Assembly (NCBI GenBank): GCA_965217585.1
Contig: OZ244561.1
Coordinates: 7,072,001 to 7,136,000 of the forward strand
Source of the DNA: Candidatus Latescibacterota bacterium
Lineage (GTDB): Bacteria > Latescibacterota > UBA2968 > UBA8231
DNA length: 64,000 nucleotides
Reading direction: 5' to 3'
Shown: piece after piece, positions 20,638 through 30,150 of the stretch
Position numbering within the stretch: position 1 is the first letter of the stretch
Layout: each line of letters begins with the position of its first letter
Position numbers and translations under genes: made by a program
Notes under the pieces: model-generated
Told to the model about the DNA's origin: nothing
What the model saw: the letters and a program-made list of their open reading frames with translations, nothing else
Databases searched by the model: none

Positions 20638-22206
20638 CTAGCGGGCGCGCAGAGTCGCGAGCATGGCGCGCGCCCGTGCGTGGTCCGGCCGCAGCTTCAG
20701 CACCTGCTGCAGCTCTTCAAGTGCCAGGTTGTAACGGCCCGTTTTCTGGTAGGCTACCGCCAGATTGTAGCGGGTCCGCGCGCGATCTGGCTCGAGGCGC
20801 AAAGCCTCCTCGAACGCCGCTATCGCTTTGCTGTACTGTCCATCCCGAGCATGGGCTAGGCCGAGCCCGTAGTGCACCTCCACCGACTCGGGGGCCAGCT
20901 CCCTAGCGCGCCCGAAAGATGTGGCCCCCAGCGCATACTTTCCCGCCTTGCCGTACGCACGCCCCAGCGACAGGTGGAAGCGCACGGAATCCGGGGCTAG
21001 GGCTACTGCCTGCGCGAACAGATCCACCGCCTTGCCCACCATGCCCCACTGCTCGTAGACCGTTCCCAGATCGTGGTAGGCGTGGACCATCTCAGGGGCC
21101 AGAGCCAGAGCCACCTGAAATTCTTCGACCGCTTCGGCGTACTGGGCTGCCTCGGCGTAGACCACGGCCAGCGCGCACCGCTTCACCGCATTTATAGGGT
21201 CTCGCTGTACAGCGAGGGCAGCCGTGCGGATGGCGTCTCCCTTGACTTTCCCCAACCCCTTGAAGGCGGCCATGGCCTGCTGTCCTTCTTCTGGACGTCC
21301 CATGCGGTAGTAGATTTTCCCCAGACTGTAGTACGCCTCGGCGTAGTCCGGCCTGAGCGCAGTGGCGCGCTCGTACAAAGAAAGGGCTTCGTCGAAGCGA
21401 GCCTGCTTGGTGCGTATCTGGCCCAGATAATAGTAACTGTCCGCATCGGTAGAGTCGCCCCGGACCGCTTCCTTATAAGCCATCTCTGCCCTAACCAGAT
21501 CGTCCTGCTGCAGGTAGATGGCTCCGAGATACCGGTGCACCAACGCCAGCGTCGGGTCCAGTTGTGCGGCCCGCCGATAGGCTTCCAGCGCCTCATCGAA
21601 GCGGTTGTGAAGTTGCAGGGCCCGTCCCAGATTGTAGTAATATCTCCCGTTCTCCGGTTCGAGGATCAGGGCCCTTTCAAAGCTGGCGATGGCCTCTTCC
21701 AGCGTTGGGTAGACCACGCCCACTGGACCCTCTGCCGTAGCAAAGGCTTCCCTACCGTAGATATCTCCTAAGTTGCTGTGGGCCTCGGCGAACTCCGGGA
21801 CTAGGTTGACGACCCGGTTGAAATACGCTCTGGCTTCCTCGTATTTGCCCATCCGGGAGTAGATCCGGCCCAGGTTGAACAGCGATCGCACATTATCTGG
21901 AGATTGCTCTAACCCGGCCCTGTAAGCGGCGAGCGCCTCGGCGTAGCGTCCCTTCTCCAGATAGGCTCCGGCTAGGTCGAGCCCAAGTTCGACTTGGCCG
22001 GGGGCCGTGTCCACAGCGGCCTCCAACTGCTCCAGGGTGCCAGGCGAACGCGGAGAACTGCCATAGCGCTGGCGCAGTTCGTCCTGGCTGACAGCAGGAA
22101 TCGGTGCCTGGCATCCCACCAAGAGAGCAATTCCCGCGGTGGCTATGAGGCTCCGACCCTTCGCGTTGCCGGAGCATTGTGCGGCAAGGTATTTGGGCGG
22201 GAACAT
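20638..22206 (-). CDS. TPR repeat lipoprotein
   Basis: Lipobox 'LLVGC' and many TPR motifs (AEAYYSLG, YYNLG...A...Y..A..L.P). Confidence 0.9.
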   Translation of the reverse strand: MFPPKYLAAQCSGNAKGRSLIATAGIALLVGCQAPIPAVSQDELRQRYGSSPRSPGTLEQLEAAVDTAPGQVELGLDLAGAYLEKGRYAEALAAYRAGLEQSPDNVRSLFNLGRIYSRMGKYEEARAYFNRVVNLVPEFAEAHSNLGDIYGREAFATAEGPVGVVYPTLEEAIASFERALILEPENGRYYYNLGRALQLHNRFDEALEAYRRAAQLDPTLALVHRYLGAIYLQQDDLVRAEMAYKEAVRGDSTDADSYYYLGQIRTKQARFDEALSLYERATALRPDYAEAYYSLGKIYYRMGRPEEGQQAMAAFKGLGKVKGDAIRTAALAVQRDPINAVKRCALAVVYAEAAQYAEAVEEFQVALALAPEMVHAYHDLGTVYEQWGMVGKAVDLFAQAVALAPDSVRFHLSLGRAYGKAGKYALGATSFGRARELAPESVEVHYGLGLAHARDGQYSKAIAAFEEALRLEPDRARTRYNLAVAYQKTGRYNLALEELQQVLKLRPDHARARAMLATLRAR

Positions 22207-22272
22207 GGTTTACACCCCAGCAAAGAAGGGGATCACTTGTCGTCTCTCCGCGGGATTCAGCTCTGCTCCTAA

Positions 22273-24480
22273 TTAGTAGACAATGGACACCGCGCCCACG
22301 CGTTCCACTTTCTGCTGATCTGTTTCAAGCGCAAGTCGGTACAGGTAGATGCCGGGTGAGAGGTGCTGGCCGGCCTCATCTCGGCCGTCCCAGGTTATGG
22401 TTGCCCGACCAGCAGACTGGTTTTGCCGTTGGAAATGCTTGACTCGCCAGCCAGCCAGGTCAAAAAAGTCCAGGGATATCACTCCTCTTTCATGCACGAA
22501 AAAAATATGGTAGGTCAGCGCTACTTTGTCATTGACCCCATCCCCATTCGGAGTGAAGATCCGGGGGGCGATCCTCAGGTCTCCCAGAATATCATCCCTC
22601 TCCGAGGCGGCGAATACCGCCGCCCTATCTGTATCGAACTCCGGGATCACATCCCCCTCCTCTATTTGCTGGCGCACTTCTCCCGGACGTTCGCTGTCCC
22701 CGATCCGGCCGGAAAACCGCGTGAAGAATTTGAACACCCGAGAGCGAAATACGGCCTCGACAAATTGTTCGCCGCGGCTGGTCTCGACCCTTGGGCTGAA
22801 CTTCAACATCAACACATGACGGCCCTCGCTCTCCCCCAGCACTTGCACAAAGGTGCCATCTCCTATTTCCAGTTCATTCATTTTGGCGGGGTCTCGGCCC
22901 AGGGATTCCACCGCTTCCTGGTCCAGGATTATCTCGTTTAGGGCAACATCCTCTATGCTGAGCACCTCGAGGTGGGCTTCGGTATCCGGGACCTCGATGT
23001 CGATCCGATCAAAACCTGTGGCACCGCTGCCAGTAAACCGGGATTTGACCGCGTAGCGAAACGCGGTTATTTCGCCCAGAGCCACCTCGCCCGGGAAGAT
23101 CTCCGCGATGATTTCGTCCGCGTACAGGGGAGACGAAAAATCAAATTCGAGGTGGTCGAACCTGACTGCGTCCAGCTGGGACGGCAGGAAATCTATCCTT
23201 ATCTGCAGATAGCGTCTCTGGGACGGCGAGGCAATGAGGGCCCCTCCCGACCCATCCTCCCCGCTCAGGCCCACAGCCAAATTAAAAGGGCTGGACCAGC
23301 CGCTCCAGTTCTCCACATCGCGAGGCAGATTCTGCGGCGCGACCCGCTCTGTGATCGACAACTTCTTGTAGCGGTCGCGGTCGAGGAACTCGCCCGCCTC
23401 GTTCCGAGCGCTCGTCCGGGTCTTTTGTGGATCTATGTAGCGCAGGTAGAGATGGGGGTCGTCGTCCCTTCCACTGCGGGTCCGAATCGCCACCTCTCCA
23501 GCTAGGCCCTCACCGATGCGTTCGGCTTTCCAGCGCAGCGCACCGAAGTTCACCGGCTGCCCCAGGTCAATGATCGGGGAGAGATAGAACGCGCCATCCG
23601 CGAAGCCGACGCCGTAGACCTCAAACTCGGCGATTTCAAAGGGTCTGTTGCTGGGGTCCAGATCCACCCTGTCCACCAAGAAAGGATCAAAGCGGAACTC
23701 GGCCACCCCGGGCGGTAGGGGCGGCCCTAAATGCTGGTAAGGTGCCAGGACGGCGTCGCCCGGCAGCGGCTCTCCGGTAGTCAGGTCAAAAGCTGGCCGC
23801 CCCTTCTCGTCGAGCTTGATCGAGCGCAGCGCTCGGCCGTCGCGATCGCGCTGGACAATGTGCGTGCCCACGTCGCCTACCTTGACCAAGGTGAGCTGCA
23901 GCGGCTCGGTAGAGGTCGCCAGGCGGCCCCGCTGGGTCCGCGTCTCGTCCGCCTCGTGCACCTTGATGGCGTACCCTTCCCTGAAAAAATTCTGCGGAAA
24001 GTCCGGCCGGGTAGAGACGCGGATGCGGTTGATCCAGAAACGGCCCCACAGATCGAATTTGAAGTCGAACCTGCCGGCAAAAATACCGCCGATGTAGGCG
24101 GTTTCAATATCGTCGTCCAGGATGTAACCCATGCCCTCGGGTAGGGGCTGGTCGGTAGCGCCGTGAACGTAGGGAAGCTTGTTGCCGCGCTCTCCAGCAG
24201 CTTTGTTCGTCGTCGGATCCACTCCGGCTCTATCGAACACTAGGTGGAGGATATTTCGGGTGGAATCGAGCTGGATGGGACGCAGCCAGGTCTTCCCGCC
24301 GGCACGGTCCACCTCCACCCCCTCTGTGGTGCCCAGAGAGAGAAGCAGGAGATCCTGCGCGCTGATCGACCAGGGTTTTCCCACCGCGCCCTCGTCCCCG
24401 AGCCGGTAGGTTTCCAGACCGAGCGCTGACGACACCCAGATCATCAGGGGCAGGACCAAGCTCCCCGCACCTTTGGCCAT
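22273..24480 (-). CDS. Secreted protein with C-terminal FlgD-Ig / T9SS type-B-like sorting domain
   Basis: 735 aa with signal peptide. C-terminal 'IFTPNGDGVND...WDGRDEAGQHLSPGIYLY...VY'. Confidence 0.75.
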   Translation of the reverse strand: MAKGAGSLVLPLMIWVSSALGLETYRLGDEGAVGKPWSISAQDLLLLSLGTTEGVEVDRAGGKTWLRPIQLDSTRNILHLVFDRAGVDPTTNKAAGERGNKLPYVHGATDQPLPEGMGYILDDDIETAYIGGIFAGRFDFKFDLWGRFWINRIRVSTRPDFPQNFFREGYAIKVHEADETRTQRGRLATSTEPLQLTLVKVGDVGTHIVQRDRDGRALRSIKLDEKGRPAFDLTTGEPLPGDAVLAPYQHLGPPLPPGVAEFRFDPFLVDRVDLDPSNRPFEIAEFEVYGVGFADGAFYLSPIIDLGQPVNFGALRWKAERIGEGLAGEVAIRTRSGRDDDPHLYLRYIDPQKTRTSARNEAGEFLDRDRYKKLSITERVAPQNLPRDVENWSGWSSPFNLAVGLSGEDGSGGALIASPSQRRYLQIRIDFLPSQLDAVRFDHLEFDFSSPLYADEIIAEIFPGEVALGEITAFRYAVKSRFTGSGATGFDRIDIEVPDTEAHLEVLSIEDVALNEIILDQEAVESLGRDPAKMNELEIGDGTFVQVLGESEGRHVLMLKFSPRVETSRGEQFVEAVFRSRVFKFFTRFSGRIGDSERPGEVRQQIEEGDVIPEFDTDRAAVFAASERDDILGDLRIAPRIFTPNGDGVNDKVALTYHIFFVHERGVISLDFFDLAGWRVKHFQRQNQSAGRATITWDGRDEAGQHLSPGIYLYRLALETDQQKVERVGAVSIVY

Positions 24481-24495
24481 TGCTCCTCTCCCGTA

Positions 24496-27192
24496 TTAGT
24501 CCAGGCCAGCGTACATCGTGATGAAAATCACGCTCTCGCGCTCGCTCTCTTTATCTGAAGCCCGGTCCACCCAGGACAGTCTGATCCCTGCCTGCGTCGT
24601 GGTCGCGTACCCTAGATAAGCTGATGTATTCGATGTCTGCAGGGCCAGCACCACTTCTTCTCTGTCCGACAGGAATGGGTCTTCTTCTAACTTTTCTTGC
24701 AATTGTTCAAAGTGGAGCAGCTCCAGGCCAGCCTCGATGTCCGTTGCAGTCAGCATGGAGAATGTCAGCAGCAGCGAAGCAGACTCCGTGAGTTCTCTTC
24801 TGGTGTTGTCCGCCTTCAGAAACGGTCGCTGGGAGTAAAACTCGCTCTTCCAGCGGGGCACGAGGGTGAATTTTTCCATGCGGAAAAGGTAGTCAGCTTT
24901 GTTGATGAGCCCGAAAAAACCAGAGGTTCGACGCCCTGTTTGCGCGACGTCAGAGCCTTCCAGATAATCCCGCTGCCGGAAAATTTCGTATTTCAGCTTG
25001 TTGACTACATTCAGGTTGGGGATATCGCGGTAGTCCCACTGGGTGTAAAAGGTGTTTATCCAGGTGCCCCGCGCCGGCAGTGGATCGATGAACGGAACCA
25101 GTTGTCCACTCGAACCGGATGGCTGGGACCACTGGATCAGGTCGTCCGGGATATTGTCCTCTGCCCTGCGGATGTTGTGGTAGAGCAGCAATTTTCCCCA
25201 GCGCGCGTGATCCCGGTCGAGAACCGCCATGGCGTAGTAGGTGTGGTTCTGGCGGTCGTCCGAAATCAGCTCTTCGCGCATGTGCCCGACCGAGAGTCGC
25301 AGACTGGGTGCTAGGTGGACTCCAGTGTAGAAATTGAATCCACGCCGGCCGCGCTTGTAAGGGAAGTCCGCTTCATCGTCGTTTTCGAAACGGTCGACCG
25401 TGCCGTTGTTGTTCATGTCCACACCGAACAGGAATTCTGGACGATCCGAGCTAAAGCGCAGGAAAGGTTCCTCGTAGTCGGGGAACAGGTTCGGCCGGTT
25501 CTCACTGTCGTTCTGGTTGAAATCCGGGACAAAATCGTTGTTCTCGTCAAACCCGGGGAAAACCGCGATATCGACAGGCTGGTTGGCGCGCTCCCAGTCG
25601 GGGTTGCGGTCCTGATCATCGTTGTCGTCGACGAAATCATAGCGGTTCAAGTTGGCCCTGGAGTAGTCTATGATTCCTCCCCGTGGCAGGTAAATGCTGG
25701 TTGCATAGGAGGGCTCCATGCTGTAGGCCTCTCCGAGGAAGAACCAGGGATACCCCTTTTTCCACACGTTCATCATCCAGACATCGGCGGATTCCACAAT
25801 CCGGTGGTGCTGGCTCGGCTTCAGGGTGCTGCGATTGGGATAGCGGCTGTGGCGGCGGTTGCGATCGAATTCGGCATACAGGTAGATCCCCCCCACATCG
25901 GCGGCCTCGACGGTGAAGCCGAAAATTTCATTGGCTGTGGGCAACCCGTAATCCAGCACGACGAACCGCTGATTTGAGCTGTCCTTAACATTTCCATCGG
26001 CGTGGACCGTCCACTGTGGAATGCCATCACTCAGCAGCACGGGCTTGCGCTGCAGATCGGTCTGCACATTGGAGGTCATGTCGATTCGGTAGTCGTTGGC
26101 CAGGAGGAGCCTGAACTTCACTGATTTGATTTGTGAAGGATCCGGGCCGCCGGTCTGCCGGTAGGCACTGCTCTCCAGGTCGTACTCCAGAACGATCTGT
26201 TCGTTGCCGTCGGCTGCGAGGAAGCCCTCCCGCTGAATGCCGCCCCGCACGAGCGGCTCGAACCCCAGGTCTCTTCCCCTGAACACATTCCCCTCTTTGT
26301 CCTCGATGATAATCTCCTCGGCAAAAAATGCCGTGCCGGCCTCGCCGTCTCCTGGCGAGTCATCGCTGAGGCGGATCTCTATGCGAGAGGGGCTCTTGTT
26401 CTGTTCGGTGGTGAGCGATCCGTGAAAGGGGGCGTCTTTGAAGGTCTGGCCCAGGGTCTGGGTGTTGAAACCGCTGACATAGGTCGTTCCCACAGTCACA
26501 AAATCTCCCACCTGCATAGTACCCCGCATGCCCATCAGGTTGACCACATCCGTCAGCAGGGTGGGGGTTGGGCGGTTCGCGTTCAGCACATCCCCGGTCT
26601 GACTGGGGCGCGAAGCCAGAAGGGTAAACGCGTACTTGTCGGAGAGGAAGTCCCACTGAATTCCGTCAAAGGAGGGTTTGGAGAATGTCAGCGGCGTCAA
26701 TGTAGTGCGGATGCGTTCTCCGATTGTTGCCGCGTAGTGGTACTGTCCCTTTTGGTCAGAGGAAATCACGACCTTATTGAACCAGGAGCTGAATCTCGCG
26801 GCCTTGGCGACCGCGCTGCCCTGGAGCTGGGGCTGCGATTGGGACCAGTCGTAGATCAGCCAACCATGGGTCACGAAACGCCCGTAGAGATCGTAGAAAT
26901 AGTCCCCCTCCAAGCCAGTATTTACATAGGTCTTGTAGTGATCTCTGGCATAGTTTGTGTAGGCCGACTGCTTCCAGCCGTATTCCAGGTAGAGCTCCTG
27001 GGGCACGTACCACTTTTTGACCGCTGGGTCTAGGGCACCGAAAAGCACTCCGGGGCCCTGCGGCACATAGCTCAGCTCCCCGCCGCGCTGCATCCCCAGA
27101 CGGGTGCCGTAGTCTTGGGCCCAGAGGAGAGAGGGTGCCTGCAACCATGTCCACGCAAAGAAAGAGAAAAGTAAAATTCTGTGGGCACTCAC
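24496..27192 (-). CDS. Large secreted/outer-membrane hypothetical protein
   Basis: 898 aa with signal peptide. Acidic Ca-binding-like loops (DDNDDQD, DENND, DMNNNG). The C-terminal third has alternating amphipathic strands ending 'FITMYAGLD'. Confidence 0.6.
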   Translation of the reverse strand: MSAHRILLFSFFAWTWLQAPSLLWAQDYGTRLGMQRGGELSYVPQGPGVLFGALDPAVKKWYVPQELYLEYGWKQSAYTNYARDHYKTYVNTGLEGDYFYDLYGRFVTHGWLIYDWSQSQPQLQGSAVAKAARFSSWFNKVVISSDQKGQYHYAATIGERIRTTLTPLTFSKPSFDGIQWDFLSDKYAFTLLASRPSQTGDVLNANRPTPTLLTDVVNLMGMRGTMQVGDFVTVGTTYVSGFNTQTLGQTFKDAPFHGSLTTEQNKSPSRIEIRLSDDSPGDGEAGTAFFAEEIIIEDKEGNVFRGRDLGFEPLVRGGIQREGFLAADGNEQIVLEYDLESSAYRQTGGPDPSQIKSVKFRLLLANDYRIDMTSNVQTDLQRKPVLLSDGIPQWTVHADGNVKDSSNQRFVVLDYGLPTANEIFGFTVEAADVGGIYLYAEFDRNRRHSRYPNRSTLKPSQHHRIVESADVWMMNVWKKGYPWFFLGEAYSMEPSYATSIYLPRGGIIDYSRANLNRYDFVDDNDDQDRNPDWERANQPVDIAVFPGFDENNDFVPDFNQNDSENRPNLFPDYEEPFLRFSSDRPEFLFGVDMNNNGTVDRFENDDEADFPYKRGRRGFNFYTGVHLAPSLRLSVGHMREELISDDRQNHTYYAMAVLDRDHARWGKLLLYHNIRRAEDNIPDDLIQWSQPSGSSGQLVPFIDPLPARGTWINTFYTQWDYRDIPNLNVVNKLKYEIFRQRDYLEGSDVAQTGRRTSGFFGLINKADYLFRMEKFTLVPRWKSEFYSQRPFLKADNTRRELTESASLLLTFSMLTATDIEAGLELLHFEQLQEKLEEDPFLSDREEVVLALQTSNTSAYLGYATTTQAGIRLSWVDRASDKESERESVIFITMYAGLD

Positions 27193-27234
27193 AGGGTTCC
27201 TCCTCGGTTGAAAAAGAGTGCTGCGACTTATGAT

Positions 27235-30150
27235 CTAATACGCCACATAGACGATGCGTGCGAGTTCCTCGTTGCGCGTGTCGGACTCGACCTTGATCCG
27301 GTAGAGATAAATACCGGGTGGGACGAGCTGGAGAGCGCTGGAACGACCGTCCCACGAGGCCGCAAATTCTCCCTTGGTACCGTTTACTTCAAGTTTTTGC
27401 ACCTGCTTCCCCGCCAAGTCGAAAATATTCACTTGCACCGGTCGCTCTGTCCGCAGTTTCAAGCGTGCGAAGCGAATCTCCAAGACATCGTTGACGCCAT
27501 CGCCGTTCGGAGTAATGGCGCTGGGGGCCTCGGAGAGCATGATAACCAAGTCTGCTTGCGGGGCGGAAAACGCCCGGGAAGTGCGGCTGTCCACCAATTC
27601 GGTGGCGTCCCTGTTTTCCAGATCGACCTGTTGCCAGGAATCTCCTCTGGAACTGCTTCTGACCTGTGCCTTGAAGGGGGAGCCCGAGGTGATGACTTGG
27701 CTGGTGAAGCGCATTTCTATGAGCGCGTTCTCGGTTGCGCCGACCGGGCTGCGAATCGTGCGCGGAAAGTGAATCCAGAGTGAGTCTGAGGAGGGCGAGG
27801 AGAGAACGGTCAAATCGGCATCCGGTTCGGCGAACACCTGATCAAAAGAGGTTTTGAGCGCTACGATATCCTGATCCCGGGAGGTTGCAGCGCCAGCAAC
27901 CTCTACCCGCCCCAGGCGCACATAGCGGCACTGCATGGCCGCGATTCCCTTCAGCAACACCTCATCGAACCCCTGGCCCGGCTCGAGCTGGGCGCGGATG
28001 AAGTACGAGAATTCGCTCTCTTGTGCCGCCGCAATATCCTCCGGCCGGGTATAATCGGTAGGATCCGGAATAGCAACCGGCGCTTTGGCCGTACCCGCAT
28101 CGGTCACCAGCGCCAACTCTCCGGCGAGCCGGGCCGCCACCGGCGCACGAGTGTGGATCGCGAGCGCTCGCAAGGTGGAATGGACATTGGGATGATCCGC
28201 AATCAGCACGACCTGAAGCTGGATGAACTTGCGGGGGCTGGGGGAGACAAACGGCGCTATAGTCCCACCTGTTTCCGCGGCCCGGTAGGGCGCGCTGAAA
28301 GGACTCCATCCTGTTCCGGGACGCGCAAGGTACTCCTGCTCTTTGCGTCTGAGGTCTTTGAAGGTGCGCCCCCACCTGCTCTTCGAAATGATATTGCCGG
28401 CAATATCGAAGTAGAGCGTATCGAGCGCGACCTCGTCTCCGGTCCTCGACTGGATCTCCACCCGGGAGCCCTCTGGAAAATCTCCATCCCATTCGATGGC
28501 AATCAGGTTTTTAACCCCCCCCACGTCGATCAGCGGAGAACGCAGGGTCGCCTCGGCCACGTACCCCTGCCCATATATTTGCATTTCGCTCAACACGCCC
28601 TCATTGCCCCAGCCCCCAATCCCCTTTCCTGTAATGTCCAGATTGCGCAAATCCAGCAGCCGCACTTTGCGAGGACTGAATCCTATCTGGACGCGGCTGG
28701 CCCAGTTGACCTGGTTGTCCTCGTGCAGTGGCTGCGAAAGTTCTTCCCACTCGAGTGCCTGCCAGAGGTCTCTGAGGGTGTCCGACTGCCGGGGCAGCGC
28801 AAAAACACCTTCGGAGGCCCGCAGTTGGTAGCCATAGAAATTGTTCCGGTTGCCGCCGTAGGCCCGACTGTCGAAGAAGGTGATGAAATGTATGCCATCC
28901 ACCCAGTAAGTCACTCCCAGATCCACCAAGGTGAGCTCGTCCGTCTTGCCGATAGTGCGGATTTGCCCCTTGGGTGGGGTACCAGAAACCTTGGCTTTCC
29001 AGGCCGAGTTGTAATACATCCCATCGAAGGCCAGACTCCCTCCCGCACCACCTTCTGGATCCGAGGCGTAGCCGCCGCGCTCCTGAAGACCGAGCCCAAT
29101 ATTGTCCCCTCTGGCCCATACCTCTATCTCACTCAGCTGCGGCACTTCCCGCCGAAAGTAGTGCACATTACCCTTTTCGCTCGGGCCGAGATCCGCATAC
29201 GTTTGCGGCACCTGCCCCCGCTGGTAGATACTCCCCAGCGTGTCGACGGCAGCCCGGCGCTCGCGGCCCCCCAACGTCACCCTGAAATACTCGATATCCC
29301 CCTGCCGTTTCCGAGGCAGTTGATCGTAGGTTGCCGCATCGACTTCTGCTGCTCTGCCGAATTTGCTATTGGTCGCTATGAGCTGAACGTAGTGAATGGC
29401 CGCTCCCTGTAGATCCGCAACGCCGTCGCCGTCAATATCCCCGTTTTCCAGTGGCATCAGCGGGAAGACAAAACGCCGCTGCGCCCCGGTCGGCTCCCGC
29501 GTCTGGCCGACCAGCCTGAATTCCCGGGCCGTGCTGGTGACCACCTGCGGGAACGCCTTTGAGCCATTGGAGACGAACAGGGCGAATTGATTGAGCGCGT
29601 CCCCATCTTCGGCGAATTGCACCACAATGCTGTCCGCCCAGACCAGCCTTCCCAGATCTACCTCAACCACCCACCTGTCCAGACCTTCCAGCGAGAAGTC
29701 TTCAGCTCCGGGCAACCACCCCGTATCCGGGTTGCCGTCGATGATATTGGCGGCGCTGCCCCGGATAGATTCCGATTCGGCGCTTGCTCCACCCGATATC
29801 GGGTCGGGAAACTTGCGGACATTGTCTTTGTAGCTGAAGGTTTTCGCATCCAGAACGGCGTTGATATTCTTCTGCAAGAAGCGCGGGCGGAGGCCTCTGG
29901 CGTCGACCTGCACCGCGTTTGCCTGGCCGAGTTCCACGGTGAGGCCGGTAAACGAGTTGTAGAGCTGCCAGGCCCGCCAGTGCGCGGTTCGGTTGACCAC
30001 GATCCGCTCCCCGGCTCTTGCATACCCCTGCTGGCCGGAGGCCTCCGAACCCAGACTGCAGAACATAGCTCCCGTGCTCAAGCAGATAAACACGTACATG
30101 GGCCTCATCTCGACTTCGCCTCCTTCAATAGGCCACGTGCACCAAGGCAT
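27235..30150 (-). CDS. Secreted protein with discoidin-like N-domain and C-terminal FlgD-Ig / type-B-like sorting domain
   Basis: 'NIIDGNPDTGW...VDLG' and C-terminal 'ITPNGDGVND...WDGRSS...VPPGIYLY...VAY'. True start may be MRPMY, slightly downstream. Confidence 0.75.
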   Translation of the reverse strand: MPWCTWPIEGGEVEMRPMYVFICLSTGAMFCSLGSEASGQQGYARAGERIVVNRTAHWRAWQLYNSFTGLTVELGQANAVQVDARGLRPRFLQKNINAVLDAKTFSYKDNVRKFPDPISGGASAESESIRGSAANIIDGNPDTGWLPGAEDFSLEGLDRWVVEVDLGRLVWADSIVVQFAEDGDALNQFALFVSNGSKAFPQVVTSTAREFRLVGQTREPTGAQRRFVFPLMPLENGDIDGDGVADLQGAAIHYVQLIATNSKFGRAAEVDAATYDQLPRKRQGDIEYFRVTLGGRERRAAVDTLGSIYQRGQVPQTYADLGPSEKGNVHYFRREVPQLSEIEVWARGDNIGLGLQERGGYASDPEGGAGGSLAFDGMYYNSAWKAKVSGTPPKGQIRTIGKTDELTLVDLGVTYWVDGIHFITFFDSRAYGGNRNNFYGYQLRASEGVFALPRQSDTLRDLWQALEWEELSQPLHEDNQVNWASRVQIGFSPRKVRLLDLRNLDITGKGIGGWGNEGVLSEMQIYGQGYVAEATLRSPLIDVGGVKNLIAIEWDGDFPEGSRVEIQSRTGDEVALDTLYFDIAGNIISKSRWGRTFKDLRRKEQEYLARPGTGWSPFSAPYRAAETGGTIAPFVSPSPRKFIQLQVVLIADHPNVHSTLRALAIHTRAPVAARLAGELALVTDAGTAKAPVAIPDPTDYTRPEDIAAAQESEFSYFIRAQLEPGQGFDEVLLKGIAAMQCRYVRLGRVEVAGAATSRDQDIVALKTSFDQVFAEPDADLTVLSSPSSDSLWIHFPRTIRSPVGATENALIEMRFTSQVITSGSPFKAQVRSSSRGDSWQQVDLENRDATELVDSRTSRAFSAPQADLVIMLSEAPSAITPNGDGVNDVLEIRFARLKLRTERPVQVNIFDLAGKQVQKLEVNGTKGEFAASWDGRSSALQLVPPGIYLYRIKVESDTRNEELARIVYVAY